The position numbers and the translations under genes are program-made. Of a DNA stretch of 64,000 nucleotides, positions 9,534-19,024 are shown piece by piece. Source of the stretch: a virus; IMG/VR virus record IMGVR_UViG_3300035138_000114; one strand, written 5' to 3'. The first letter of the stretch is position 1, and every line of letters starts with the position of its first letter. The notes beneath the pieces are model-generated. The model had not been told where the DNA came from and ran no database searches. It worked only from the letters and a program-made list of their open reading frames with translations.

Positions 9534-10130
9534 TTGCGGAAACCCTACTACAACGTAACGAAAATTTTTTATTCTATCCAAGGAGAAGGTATCTGGACAG
9601 GAACTCCTGCCGTCTTTGTCCGTTTTTCAGGTTGTAATCTTGCCTGTTCTTGGTGTGATACTGATTTTAAAACGGATTTAAAGATCACGGAGCACCAAAT
9701 TTTAAACTGGATATGTGAATTCCCGTCCAGAATACTTATCCTAACGGGCGGTGAACCGATGCTCCAATTATCAGGAGAAGAAGGGTTGACCTTCTTGAAA
9801 AAACTTAAAAATTGTGGCTGGTCTCCCCACATAGAGACAAATGGAACGATTGAAATTCCAGAATCTATCAAAAATTTTCTTGACTGGATAACTGTTTCGC
9901 CTAAAATACCGAATAGCAAAGACCTTCCGTGGCTACAGAAAACAGGAAATGAGTTAAAAGTGGTCTATGAAGGACAGCGGTTAGATCAATATCTAATCAA
10001 AACAGATTTTGAACATTATTGCCTTCAGCCGTGCTCTATGCAGAATACCCAGGAAACGGTCGAAGCGGTCATGAAAAGCCCATTATGGAGACTAAGCTTA
10101 CAAACTCACAAATACCTACACATTCCTTGA
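9534..10130 (+). CDS. queE: 7-carboxy-7-deazaguanine synthase (radical SAM)
   Basis: IFYSIQGEG..G.PAVFVRFSGCNL.C.WCDT, TGGEP, ETNGT, VSPK, LSLQTHK. Confidence 0.93.
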   Translation: MRKPYYNVTKIFYSIQGEGIWTGTPAVFVRFSGCNLACSWCDTDFKTDLKITEHQILNWICEFPSRILILTGGEPMLQLSGEEGLTFLKKLKNCGWSPHIETNGTIEIPESIKNFLDWITVSPKIPNSKDLPWLQKTGNELKVVYEGQRLDQYLIKTDFEHYCLQPCSMQNTQETVEAVMKSPLWRLSLQTHKYLHIP

Positions 10131-10699
10131 CTCCTCAGCTTGTAAGACAGAGCTTACGGGAATTTATCGCCTATATCGGAGACGATCCAGATCGGGAAGG
10201 ATTGATAGAAACTCCGGATCGAATTCTCAGAAGCTGGTCCGAGTTATTTTGGGGCTACCAAGAAGAGCCTGAACGATTCTTTAAACTCTTCACCCAAGAA
10301 GCAGAAAATGACGACCTAGTGGTAATCAGTGGGATTGAATATTTTTCGATGTGTGAACACCACGCAATCCCATTTTTCGGAGAAATGCACATAGGGTATG
10401 TCCCTGACGGGCATATCCTGGGGCTGTCTAAATTCGCCCGATTGGTTAATGTCTTTGCCAGACGGCTGCAAACAGAAGAGCATTTAGTTTCCCAAATTGC
10501 GGATACCTTGATGCAATATTTAACTCCTCAAGGTGTTATTGTGATAAGCTGTGCCAAACATTTATGTGCTTGTGGTCGTGGAGTCAAACAACGAAATATG
10601 AAAATAGGCAAGTCCGCACTACGGGGGAATTTCAAGCAGGATGATGCCCTGAAACAAGAATTTTTTGAACTAATTAAAATCCATCTAAACATGAGGTGA
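10127..10699 (+). CDS. folE: GTP cyclohydrolase I
   Basis: DPDREGL.ETP.R, SMCEHH..PF.G..HIGY.P, GLSK..R, HLC...RG; probable TTG start overlapping the queE stop. Confidence 0.93.
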   Translation: MTPQLVRQSLREFIAYIGDDPDREGLIETPDRILRSWSELFWGYQEEPERFFKLFTQEAENDDLVVISGIEYFSMCEHHAIPFFGEMHIGYVPDGHILGLSKFARLVNVFARRLQTEEHLVSQIADTLMQYLTPQGVIVISCAKHLCACGRGVKQRNMKIGKSALRGNFKQDDALKQEFFELIKIHLNMR

Positions 10700-10773
10700 G
10701 CCTTCTACTAGGTTAGCTCCTCGCGCCCGATTTAATAACAATGTCATGTATAGGTAAATTTATTTGTCCAGCG

Positions 10774-11667
10774 TTACGTTTTTTCATGTGAATCGTCCTC
10801 CTTTTGGGCCTTTTCGACATCTTCAAATTGAAGTTCCGAATGTGGCGAAGACAATTTCATCTGTAAAAGTTCTTCCAGGAACGCCCGTTGTTCATCAGTT
10901 TCATAGAAGATGGTCACATATAGGAGATCCGGAGAGCCTTCATCTTGTCTACCTAACGGTTCTGTCATAGAGCCCCAGTAACTATCATCCCCGTCAGTAA
11001 ACTTATTCCAATCAAAATCTAAAACCTGAAGGTATCGCTTCGCTTCATCCGGGGTAAATGGTAAAGTCTTCATTGCCTGTTCATACGTCAAAGATGAAAA
11101 GATTTCCTGTAAACTCCGGGCTAAACTATACGGATTATCCGGGAATCGGGTAAAATTAAGCTCCATAGACTTTAACGTAGCCTGATCTTTAGAAATTTGC
11201 CCGAAGTTGTAACATAAGGCGTGAGTCATTCCCGCTCCTTGAAAGGCGGGGAGTCTATGGTTGCCATTGACAATTTCGTATTTCCCTTCGACCGCAGAGC
11301 GGGCGACAATTTCTTCTGGTAAAAACTCACGGATTTGGATATTCTCTACTTGCCCGCCATTCTTCATATTTTCAAGAAGTTGTTGGGCTTTATAGTCATC
11401 ATCCTCCTTATAATTCCAATCTGCCAGTACCAACCGGTCTAATTCGACCATGATCAGGCGTTGTAACCAGCCGTGTTGAAAGGCAATGAAAAGTTGCCGG
11501 TATAACGTCTGTTCATTTTCGACGCCCGGCAGAAGGAAAAAGAGAGAAACAATGTCTTGTCGGGACACAAGATATTCCCAAAATTCTTCAATAGTTTCCC
11601 CGTTCTGAGGGAATTGTACTTGCAGATATGCTTTTACTTCTTTTTCTTCCATAGACCTATTTCTCAA
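10774..11667 (-). CDS. ParB/sulfiredoxin-like domain protein
   Basis: YEIVNGNHRL ParBc motif; located in the deazaguanine cluster. Confidence 0.7.
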   Translation of the reverse strand: MRNRSMEEKEVKAYLQVQFPQNGETIEEFWEYLVSRQDIVSLFFLLPGVENEQTLYRQLFIAFQHGWLQRLIMVELDRLVLADWNYKEDDDYKAQQLLENMKNGGQVENIQIREFLPEEIVARSAVEGKYEIVNGNHRLPAFQGAGMTHALCYNFGQISKDQATLKSMELNFTRFPDNPYSLARSLQEIFSSLTYEQAMKTLPFTPDEAKRYLQVLDFDWNKFTDGDDSYWGSMTEPLGRQDEGSPDLLYVTIFYETDEQRAFLEELLQMKLSSPHSELQFEDVEKAQKEDDSHEKT

Positions 11668-12502
11668 GTGAAAAGATTTGGTTCGTATGAAGGGCGGGCG
11701 GTCCTTCTAACTGAGGAGTCTGGTATATCCGATTATCGGACAACCGTGCCCGTACCCGTTGTAATGCCTGATACGGAGTAATTTGCCAGTTTGCCCGTTT
11801 CAAGACGTGTCCCAGGTAATATGAAAATGCTCCCCTGACCTGACGTTTGATCCGTTTCTCTTTCGCCTCTTGATGGGCAGCGCAAGCCGCAAAAAAGACA
11901 TGTCTTATCGAAGAGTGATTGACCGCGCCCGATTCATTAGTATTTTCCAGTGATACGCCTCTTGTCCGGTATTCTATGTCAAGTGGAGGTGGTAAATAAC
12001 GGGTTTTCTCGTAACCATCATCATCCAAAAATGGGCGAGGAGGCCCGCTAAACCCGCCTTCTCCTAATGACCGTGTTCCCGTCCCGGAATGGCAACAATC
12101 GAAAATGACCGTCAACAAGACGCCGGTAGGCAGCATATTGAAATATGTATGGAGGATATCATCTGATAACGGATCATCCCAGTCAAGGTCAGTCGGACAA
12201 AGAATTTCGTCAAGATGGTCTTTTAATTCATCTCCGTCCCGATCCCGAACTTGTGAGCCGTGTCCAGCAAAAAAGAAAACCAGACTATCCCCTTTTTGGG
12301 CGTCTTTGACCAGCCACATTAACCGGTCTTCAATGCCCCGCTTTGTTGCCCGTTCGTTTAATAATACGCGAAGACTTTCTCCAGAAAAACCAAAATGATC
12401 TTGTAGCATCCCCCGCATAACGGCAGCATCCATTGTGCAACCTTGCAGATTCCATGCCGGGTTTCGATATTTGTCAACACCAACAATCAGACCTTTTTTC
12501 AT
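11657..12502 (-). CDS. caspase-family (C14, metacaspase-like) cysteine peptidase
   Basis: LIVGVDKY..L.GC..DA, FFFAGHG, DEILCPTD, IFDCCHSGT, FAAC...Q.A.E, GAFS..L, QTPQLEG. Confidence 0.88.
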   Translation of the reverse strand: MKKGLIVGVDKYRNPAWNLQGCTMDAAVMRGMLQDHFGFSGESLRVLLNERATKRGIEDRLMWLVKDAQKGDSLVFFFAGHGSQVRDRDGDELKDHLDEILCPTDLDWDDPLSDDILHTYFNMLPTGVLLTVIFDCCHSGTGTRSLGEGGFSGPPRPFLDDDGYEKTRYLPPPLDIEYRTRGVSLENTNESGAVNHSSIRHVFFAACAAHQEAKEKRIKRQVRGAFSYYLGHVLKRANWQITPYQALQRVRARLSDNRIYQTPQLEGPPALHTNQIFSLEK

Positions 12503-12561
12503 TTCTTCACCTTCTGTGTAGCACACCTTTAACCGATAGATACTATTTAAATCATTCTAAT

Positions 12562-12876
12562 TCATTTTACGAGCCTTCCACAATAAAGTGACATCCCGTT
12601 CCAATTGAAGATAATTTTGGATAGATGCACTTTGGGAAAGTCTCTCATATTGGCTGTATTTCCCATCCTTTTTTTGTAGCTGGGCCACAGATCGGACAAG
12701 AGTGTCCATGCTGAAAATGCTCCACTATCCAACATGATAGCTACGTCTTTTTGCAAAAGGATTTCTGGAAAAGGCATTTTTTTTATGAGGTAAAAAAAAG
12801 AGACTAATAGACTCCGGCCTCCTGCTTTGTAGATGGTTTCTAAATGGCATGGCAATGACGCAAAGTAAATTTTCAT
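12562..12876 (-). pseudogene. truncated TGT/DpdA-like (deazaguanine transglycosylase-like) gene
   Basis: MKIYFA...LLVSF...IMLDSGAFSAW N-terminal barrel motif; ORF ends at about 104 aa. Confidence 0.55.
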
Positions 12877-12922
12877 AATCTTTAGCACATTGGGTTTAAA
12901 AATTTCAGCAAGTTTAGGCGTT

Positions 12923-13333
12923 TTAGACTTCAGTAGTTAGCGACAACTTTCCCAAAGAGCAAACAGTATGGAATCCACCCCTGACATTATAATCCGTACA
13001 AACAATAATGTCTCCATTTTTTAATTTCAAAATTTGCCGCAGAGTATTATAAATAATTTGGGTAGCTTTCTCTTGATATACACCGACATTTCGGAAACTT
13101 ATAACGAAATACTTGAGACTTTTTAACTCTATACATACGTTTCCGCGTGGATAATATCGTATTGTAAGTTTCCCATAATCAGGAAGTCCACTAAAAGGAC
13201 AAACTGCTGTAAACTCAAAGGTTTCAATTACGATAAGTTCCTCTGGACAATCAAAGCCAAATGTTTCTAAAATTTCACTTTTTATGTGCGATATATCGGC
13301 AAAGTCAAACGTCTTCCCTTCTGCTATAGGCAT
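12923..13333 (-). CDS. queF: NADPH-dependent preQ0 reductase (unimodular QueF)
   Basis: EFTAVCP.SGLPDYG, QueF motif ELKSLKYF, FRN.G..QE, RGG. Confidence 0.85.
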   Translation of the reverse strand: MPIAEGKTFDFADISHIKSEILETFGFDCPEELIVIETFEFTAVCPFSGLPDYGKLTIRYYPRGNVCIELKSLKYFVISFRNVGVYQEKATQIIYNTLRQILKLKNGDIIVCTDYNVRGGFHTVCSLGKLSLTTEV

Positions 13334-13346
13334 ATTATCTCACCTT

Positions 13347-14009
13347 TTATTGTTGGTATTCTGTAAGATCGAACCCTAATAACGCCTCTTTGCGTTCCAC
13401 ACAAGTCCCGCAAGTTCCACAATGGAATTCCTCCCCTTTATAACAACTCCATGTTTTGGAATAGTCAACTCTTAGTTCACGACCTCTTACTGCAATTTCA
13501 CGTTTAGTTAACGTAAGATATGGCGATATAAGTTGTATTCCACTATATGTCCCTTGTTCAATCGCTTGGGCCATAGGCAGAATAAACGTGTCCCGGCAAT
13601 CGGGATAAATAGCATGGTCACCAGCATGATTAGCCATAAATAGACATGTCAAGCCTTGACTTTCTGCCAGCCCTGCGGCAATAGACAACATAATCCCATT
13701 CCTGAACGGCACTACAGTTTTCTTCATGCTTTTGTCTTCATAGTGCCCATCGGGGATTAATCCTCCTGATTTCAGCAATGAACTTTTGAAAAGTTTATTT
13801 ATGAAAAGTAAGTCAATAGTTTCAAAAGGAATTTGAAGTAATTTAGCATGGTAAATAGCAAAAGGAATTTCTTTCTGATTATGTTTACTCCCATAATTGA
13901 AACATACAATCATTTTTATGGTTTCACGGAAATCATACAACATGGTAACACTATCCATACCACCTGAAATAATCGCCATCCCATATTCTTGATTATTTTT
14001 ATCCATCAT
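13347..14009 (-). CDS. queC: 7-cyano-7-deazaguanine synthase
   Basis: SGGMDS, YGSKH, VPFRNGIMLS, YPDCR, TWSCY.G...CG.C.TC.ER. Confidence 0.95.
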   Translation of the reverse strand: MMDKNNQEYGMAIISGGMDSVTMLYDFRETIKMIVCFNYGSKHNQKEIPFAIYHAKLLQIPFETIDLLFINKLFKSSLLKSGGLIPDGHYEDKSMKKTVVPFRNGIMLSIAAGLAESQGLTCLFMANHAGDHAIYPDCRDTFILPMAQAIEQGTYSGIQLISPYLTLTKREIAVRGRELRVDYSKTWSCYKGEEFHCGTCGTCVERKEALLGFDLTEYQQ

Positions 14010-14191
14010 TGTCTCCTTTTTTCCCGTTTAACGGCTTCCTCAAGGACTTCGGCTGCCCATTCATTCCGACTTTTCCCTTTACTTGTGGCGATTTTTTCCA
14101 TATCTGTCAAAAGGTCTGCCGAAATATAGAGGCTTGACATTGTTTTTGGGCTTGATCGGGATGATTTTTTGTAAAGCTTTCCTGCTTTCAT
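14006..14191 (-). CDS. ribbon-helix-helix (CopG-like) regulator
   Basis: SLYIS.DLL....KIA...G.SRNEW. Confidence 0.6.
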   Translation of the reverse strand: MKAGKLYKKSSRSSPKTMSSLYISADLLTDMEKIATSKGKSRNEWAAEVLEEAVKREKRRQ

Positions 14192-14304
14192 GTCTTTAGA
14201 ATATCCATAATACGGGAATTGTCAAGCTTTATTTATTTAATAAAAATTTCAATCCTTCAGATGCCTTAAAAAAGAGCAAATTTCAGGAAAATATTTCCAA
14301 AAAA

Positions 14305-14415
14305 ATTCGCCCGTAAGACGGCTCAGGAACATTTTTTTTGAAAAAAAATGTAAATTTTTTTGCTCTGGCTATTGACATTTTCATACTTTGATTATATGGT
14401 AGTAACGACGTTACA
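14305..14415 (+). promoter_or_regulatory. repeated sigma70-type promoter module 1
   Basis: TTGACA(14372)-17 nt-TATGGT followed by AGTA..GACGTTACA; upstream TTCGCCCG..GGCTCAGGAACATTTT A/T tracts. Confidence 0.7.
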
Positions 14416-14766
14416 AACATTGTTTTTTCACTGATAACAGGAGGTCACAAATGATTTTAAGCCAAATTTTAAATAAATTAATCGAAACATCTGAACAAGG
14501 GCTTTTTGAAGTTGCCGAAGTTCTTGACGAATTTCATCCCTGGGATTTACACACCAGAGAAGCATCAAACCTCTTTCATGACGGGGGAAAGAGATCCCTG
14601 ACTTCGTAACGGGCAAAGCTGACATTTTTATCGAAGTGTGGATCAATAAAAGAATCGTTCAGTTTAAGCAAGTCAAGCATAATCTCTATTATGTCAACGA
14701 AGTTATTGTCAATTATTAATCACTGGGAAAACCTGACTTTTCCCGCTAACAAAGTGAGGTCACACT

Positions 14767-15099
14767 ATGTCAAAATATAATGCCACTGTTTACGGGTATG
14801 ATGCTGACGGGCAACAAATCTCAACGTCCGTCTGCCATGCCATCGAAAGAAACGGGCGGTTACAGATGTTTGCCGCTAACGGACTCCAATGTACGGGCTA
14901 TGAAGGCAAAGTCTTTTCTAAAGATGAGCCTAATTTAGGCGTCAAGAAAGGCGATGCGGTCTATGATTGGTATTACCGACAACGTGAAATCGGGTCAGAT
15001 CGTCTTATCGTCCGAATTGAAATCGTCCTTGACGATTGTGAAGGCTACAAGAACCGAATTAAAGGGCTTGCCCTTCCCCCGGCGTATAAACGTATTTAG
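14767..15099 (+). CDS. hypothetical early protein
   Basis: AACAAAGTGAGGTCACACT-ATG leader. Confidence 0.6.
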   Translation: MSKYNATVYGYDADGQQISTSVCHAIERNGRLQMFAANGLQCTGYEGKVFSKDEPNLGVKKGDAVYDWYYRQREIGSDRLIVRIEIVLDDCEGYKNRIKGLALPPAYKRI

Positions 15100-15149
15100 T
15101 AAACTGGGGGAGGCGCTGCCCTCCCCCGTTAACAAAGTGAGGTCATATC

Positions 15150-15872
15150 ATGAAAAAACTTATTGAACCCGAAAGAACCCGAAAAGCAACCTACTGGAAG
15201 CTTAACAATTACTATTGGACAAAGTTCAATGATGCTTTGAAAATTGCCCATAACGTGGTCAATTTGAAAGTCTCTGAGGCATGTCACGTTTTGACCCGGT
15301 ATGAATATCATGTCAAAGCATACATTCCAAGAGCCCCGTATAAAGAGAACTTTGGGGATCCTGAAATCAGGATTGTCCCGAAAAAAGCTGAAACCGATCC
15401 AAAACGTCAGTCCACCATGCCGTATATTGTCGTCAACTTCTCTCCTGACGGGGATGTTACGAATATTGAGTTTTCCCCATTTCGTTACTTCAAAGACATT
15501 CAGAGTGACCAGACGGGAAGAGCGTTTTTGAAACTGACTGGCGACATCGTAAGCAAGGTTGTTTTTGATGAGTTTGAAAAGTATATGAAACAACAACTTG
15601 CCGTCCTCGATAGTTTCACAAAGAAACGCCTTGAACTCAAAGAAGCCTTTGAAAGCGGGCGAACTGAGAAAGAGTTATTGCAATTGACCGGGTTACGTTT
15701 CGCCCCGTGTCCCGAATGTCAAGGCGAGGCATTCTTTCAAGACTTCAATGAACAGATTGCCGTATATGATGAGACCGTCACTGACGGGCAAACAACGGTC
15801 GATCTTCATCCTGGTTTTATGATTGACTGCCCACATTGCAGATTTCAAGACGGGGAACGTCCCCAATATTGA
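15150..15872 (+). CDS. hypothetical early protein with C-terminal CxxC...CxxC
   Basis: AACAAAGTGAGGTCATATC-ATG leader; CPEC, CPHC. Confidence 0.6.
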   Translation: MKKLIEPERTRKATYWKLNNYYWTKFNDALKIAHNVVNLKVSEACHVLTRYEYHVKAYIPRAPYKENFGDPEIRIVPKKAETDPKRQSTMPYIVVNFSPDGDVTNIEFSPFRYFKDIQSDQTGRAFLKLTGDIVSKVVFDEFEKYMKQQLAVLDSFTKKRLELKEAFESGRTEKELLQLTGLRFAPCPECQGEAFFQDFNEQIAVYDETVTDGQTTVDLHPGFMIDCPHCRFQDGERPQY

Positions 15873-15962
15873 GGCAATACCGGGGACGTTTAGGACTACG
15901 TAAAAAATAGCTCCTGAGCGTTCCCGTTAAGCGGTCAAGAGAAATTTTCCGAAAAAAATCTC

Positions 15963-16006
15963 TTGACATTATCATATTTCGATTTTATGGTAGTACAGAC
16001 GTTACA
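15963..16006 (+). promoter_or_regulatory. repeated promoter module 2
   Basis: TTGACA-17 nt-TATGGT AGTACAGACGTTACA. Confidence 0.7.
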
Positions 16007-16041
16007 ATATTTCAGTTTAACCGTTAACAGGAGGTCACATC

Positions 16042-16308
16042 ATGAAAAAACATCATAACAACCATCAAGTTTCTAACCGAACCATTCTTTTACGTATCTT
16101 AAATGCTTTACAACAGTCGGACGATACTGAAATTTTTGAGTCGGCCCTTTTTTATGATCATAAGTCTCAAGTATCCTGTCAAAAAACAGGACGGGACATG
16201 AAATCATTTATGAGGTATTTATTGTTTGATCTTGCTGTGGACTTAGGCATTACGAAAGAATTTGGGGCCAAAGCTGTTAAGTCTGCGTTAGATCAAGAAA
16301 TTCTTTAG
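16042..16308 (+). CDS. hypothetical early protein
   Basis: GGAGGTCAC RBS. Confidence 0.55.
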   Translation: MKKHHNNHQVSNRTILLRILNALQQSDDTEIFESALFYDHKSQVSCQKTGRDMKSFMRYLLFDLAVDLGITKEFGAKAVKSALDQEIL

Positions 16309-16319
16309 GAGGTCACACT

Positions 16320-16889
16320 ATGAAGGCAGAAGCAATAAAGCAAGAACTTATTAAAGTCCGGCGCATCCACGCCGAATTTAGCCCAAAGAAGGCAGACGGA
16401 TTAACTCAAGTAGTTACCACAGTCCGAACCTACATCAAAAATTTTGACGTAGGTTTGCAGGATCGACGGAGTGCCTTTCTTGCCCGTCTCAAGGAGACAA
16501 TGGCACCGGGTTATGTGAAGCAACAAACACAGAGACGAAAAGAAAAAGCCCGTCAGATGCTTGACGAGGGCTGGCATGTCTCTGATCCGGATGCCCTGAA
16601 ACGATTACTCCGCTCTAAACAATTTAACACCCCCGATCTCCGGGCACTGGCAAAGTTATCTAACGTCCATTTGCACGGAATGACGGGCAAGGCAAACATT
16701 GTCGGAATTCTTATGTTACAACAGGAAAACAAAGAATTTTTATTCAACCTTGCCGTAAAACGGGTATGCCTCGCAGAAGAAATTGACTTTCTGAGTGAAC
16801 AGGACCGCGCAGGCTTCACCGTTTCACGGGAACGCAAAGACGAAATTACCCGGCGTTTACGTCAATTTGACAAGGCGCTGTCTTATTAA
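16320..16889 (+). CDS. hypothetical early protein
   Basis: GGAGGTCAC RBS. Confidence 0.6.
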   Translation: MKAEAIKQELIKVRRIHAEFSPKKADGLTQVVTTVRTYIKNFDVGLQDRRSAFLARLKETMAPGYVKQQTQRRKEKARQMLDEGWHVSDPDALKRLLRSKQFNTPDLRALAKLSNVHLHGMTGKANIVGILMLQQENKEFLFNLAVKRVCLAEEIDFLSEQDRAGFTVSRERKDEITRRLRQFDKALSY

Positions 16890-16987
16890 TCCCATGAGCA
16901 AGCCCAGGTAGCGGCTGAAGCCATTGTCTTACTCTTAGCTCAGGAAGTCGTTACCCTATTGTCGGGAGAAACAAAGGGAGTGTAATC

Positions 16988-17530
16988 ATGAATACCGGAA
17001 TTTTATTAAGTTTACGGGGAAGTACATTGTATTTAGTCCAGGCACTGGGAGAAATTTATATTGGAGTCGTTGAGGCTCCTACAAAGAAGGCTACCGTCAA
17101 AGACCTCCATAGCTGGACGCGAAAAACGACATCGGGACTTATCTGCCTTTCAGCGGGTTACACGCCGCAAACCGTCCCGAATCATCAGATTGAAAATATG
17201 ATTCCCGTTGATGCCTTAGAAGAACGGGCGAAAGATCAAGCGTTCCAGGTCATTTTCGGAACGGGGGCAGAAGACGCCGATCTTGAGCAGGTTCACCGTG
17301 AAACGGTCAGAAGCGGAGTCGCCCAACGCCTTGATTTTAGGCGTCTATTGACCCATATATGGGGAGATTCAAAGGTGATGCGGCAATATGAAATATTGGT
17401 TGAGGAATACTTTGTTACCCTCTATAAGGGCATGTTACTTGAGTTATACGGGAACGAAGAAGTTGAAATTGACCTCAATGAGGGCTTTTCACACGGAACA
17501 TGCGGGCAGTTTGCAGAAATGATGACATGA
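16988..17530 (+). CDS. hypothetical protein
   Basis: AAGGGAG RBS, 180 aa ORF. Confidence 0.55.
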   Translation: MNTGILLSLRGSTLYLVQALGEIYIGVVEAPTKKATVKDLHSWTRKTTSGLICLSAGYTPQTVPNHQIENMIPVDALEERAKDQAFQVIFGTGAEDADLEQVHRETVRSGVAQRLDFRRLLTHIWGDSKVMRQYEILVEEYFVTLYKGMLLELYGNEEVEIDLNEGFSHGTCGQFAEMMT

Positions 17531-17731
17531 ATCTCCCGACACACGGGACACTTCGAGACGGCGTGACCTCCTCTCGGAATCCTGATCCGGTCGGGACAAG
17601 ACGCCCTACAAACGGGGTGCTTTAGGGAAAGGTGACCTCCTCCTGGGCATTCTGAAGCGTAGGGCGTTTTCTGTTTCTGTCCCGATACTAAACACTCTTG
17701 AAACCAGCAAGGCAGAGACGAAAAAATCATA

Positions 17732-17827
17732 CTCTGGCGAACGTATGGGTAGCCAGAAGACGCTAAAACGATATAGCCCCTATGTTCATAGGGCCAGCAT
17801 TACCAAGTCCTTAGAAACGAAATTTAG
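17732..17827 (+). repeat. R2 dispersed repeat (CCCCTAT..ATAGGG palindrome)
   Basis: CTCTGGC...CCCCTATGTTCATAGGG...TCCTTAGAAACGAAATTT. Confidence 0.55.
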
Positions 17828-17862
17828 CACTCAAGAAAAAATGCGGAAAAATCAAAAAAATC

Positions 17863-17971
17863 TTCGCCCGCTATTCGGCTCAGGAACATTTTTCTTGAAA
17901 AAAATATAAATTTTTTTGCTCTAGCTATTGACATTCTCATCATTTGATTATATGGTAGTACAGACGTTACA
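17863..17971 (+). promoter_or_regulatory. repeated promoter module 3
   Basis: TTGACA(17928)-17 nt-TATGGT AGTACAGACGTTACA; about 110 bp similar to module 1. Confidence 0.75.
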
Positions 17972-18147
17972 GTCATTCACGTTCACAATTTTCAGGAGGT
18001 CACAACATGACAAGACAGGAAAGAATAGAAGAGTTAAAACAAGACGTTTTAGAGGCAGCCCAAGCGTTATTGATTGGTTAGGTTTCTAACACCGTTAACC
18101 GGGGGAAGGCAACCCCTTCCCCCACTAACAAAGTGAGGTCACACACT

Positions 18148-18678
18148 ATGAATACACCAAATGTTATTGTCAGAAAAGGGAATAAGCCCGGTGGTTGGTT
18201 AACTCCATTGAAAGTTGAACAAGTGCTTGAGTTTATCCCTGAAGTCCTGAAAATCCCCGATTACGAAGGGTTTACAATTTGTTTTCAACTTAAACAACGA
18301 AAAACACAAAAAACAAAACGCCTTCCTAATCAATACCGCGAAGTTACCCGAACTTACCTGCGTGAAACTGCCTCTCATAAACAAAAACTTATCACGATTT
18401 ACCCGGTCTCTCAAGATTTTAAAACCCATTATAGCCCGTTAGAGGTCGCTATGGTAGTCGTCCATGAATTCGGGCATATTGAAGACATCCACCTCGAAAA
18501 GACCGTTACACAGTCTTATCCAACTAAGGATCATGTGTATTATGCAAAAGAACAATATGCCGAAAACGCCGTAATCCGGGTAGCTAAAGTCATGTTAGAT
18601 GCGGGCTTTTTGACCGTTGCCGAATTCCTCGCAGTCAAAAAAGAAAGTCAAGCATATTTGAAAACAAAAGAAGTTTAA
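18148..18678 (+). CDS. hypothetical early protein with HExxH motif
   Basis: AACAAAGTGAGGTCAC leader; VVHEFGH putative zincin motif. Confidence 0.55.
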   Translation: MNTPNVIVRKGNKPGGWLTPLKVEQVLEFIPEVLKIPDYEGFTICFQLKQRKTQKTKRLPNQYREVTRTYLRETASHKQKLITIYPVSQDFKTHYSPLEVAMVVVHEFGHIEDIHLEKTVTQSYPTKDHVYYAKEQYAENAVIRVAKVMLDAGFLTVAEFLAVKKESQAYLKTKEV

Positions 18679-18697
18679 CCTATCAACCAGAGGTCAC

Positions 18698-19024
18698 ATG
18701 ATGAACAAAACAGTCCAAGAAGTTGAACACGAAGCAAAGTTGCGAAAACGACTCTTTATCGGGGTATTCCCGACCGGTCTTTCGTATGCTGACCAGGACG
18801 TTGACGTGCATGGAGACTATAAAAAATTAGCGTTCCTGCCCTTCAATGACCTGGAATTAGAGATTTACGAAGGCTGTCCAGAAGAGTTGAAACCGTTAAT
18901 CACTCAAGATGCCCAAAGCATCATTGACCGCAAAGGTGAAGAGTATTACATCTCCACAAGCGGGCAAACTGTTGTTTTGGGCTATGCTCTGTGGGAGGTC
19001 ACGACCTATGCAAACTACATTTAA
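18698..19024 (+). CDS. hypothetical protein
   Basis: GAGGTCAC RBS. Confidence 0.6.
   Translation: MMNKTVQEVEHEAKLRKRLFIGVFPTGLSYADQDVDVHGDYKKLAFLPFNDLELEIYEGCPEELKPLITQDAQSIIDRKGEEYYISTSGQTVVLGYALWEVTTYANYI

Noticed and set aside
11740-11855. Short similarity to R1 (GGTACGGGCAC, GGTCAGGG)
   Set aside because: It lies inside the metacaspase coding sequence, in the wrong order and without the stems.
15781-15794. 13-nt match of spacer 5 (TGACGGGCAAACA)
   Set aside because: Too short; GAC GGG (Asp-Gly) wording is common in this genome.
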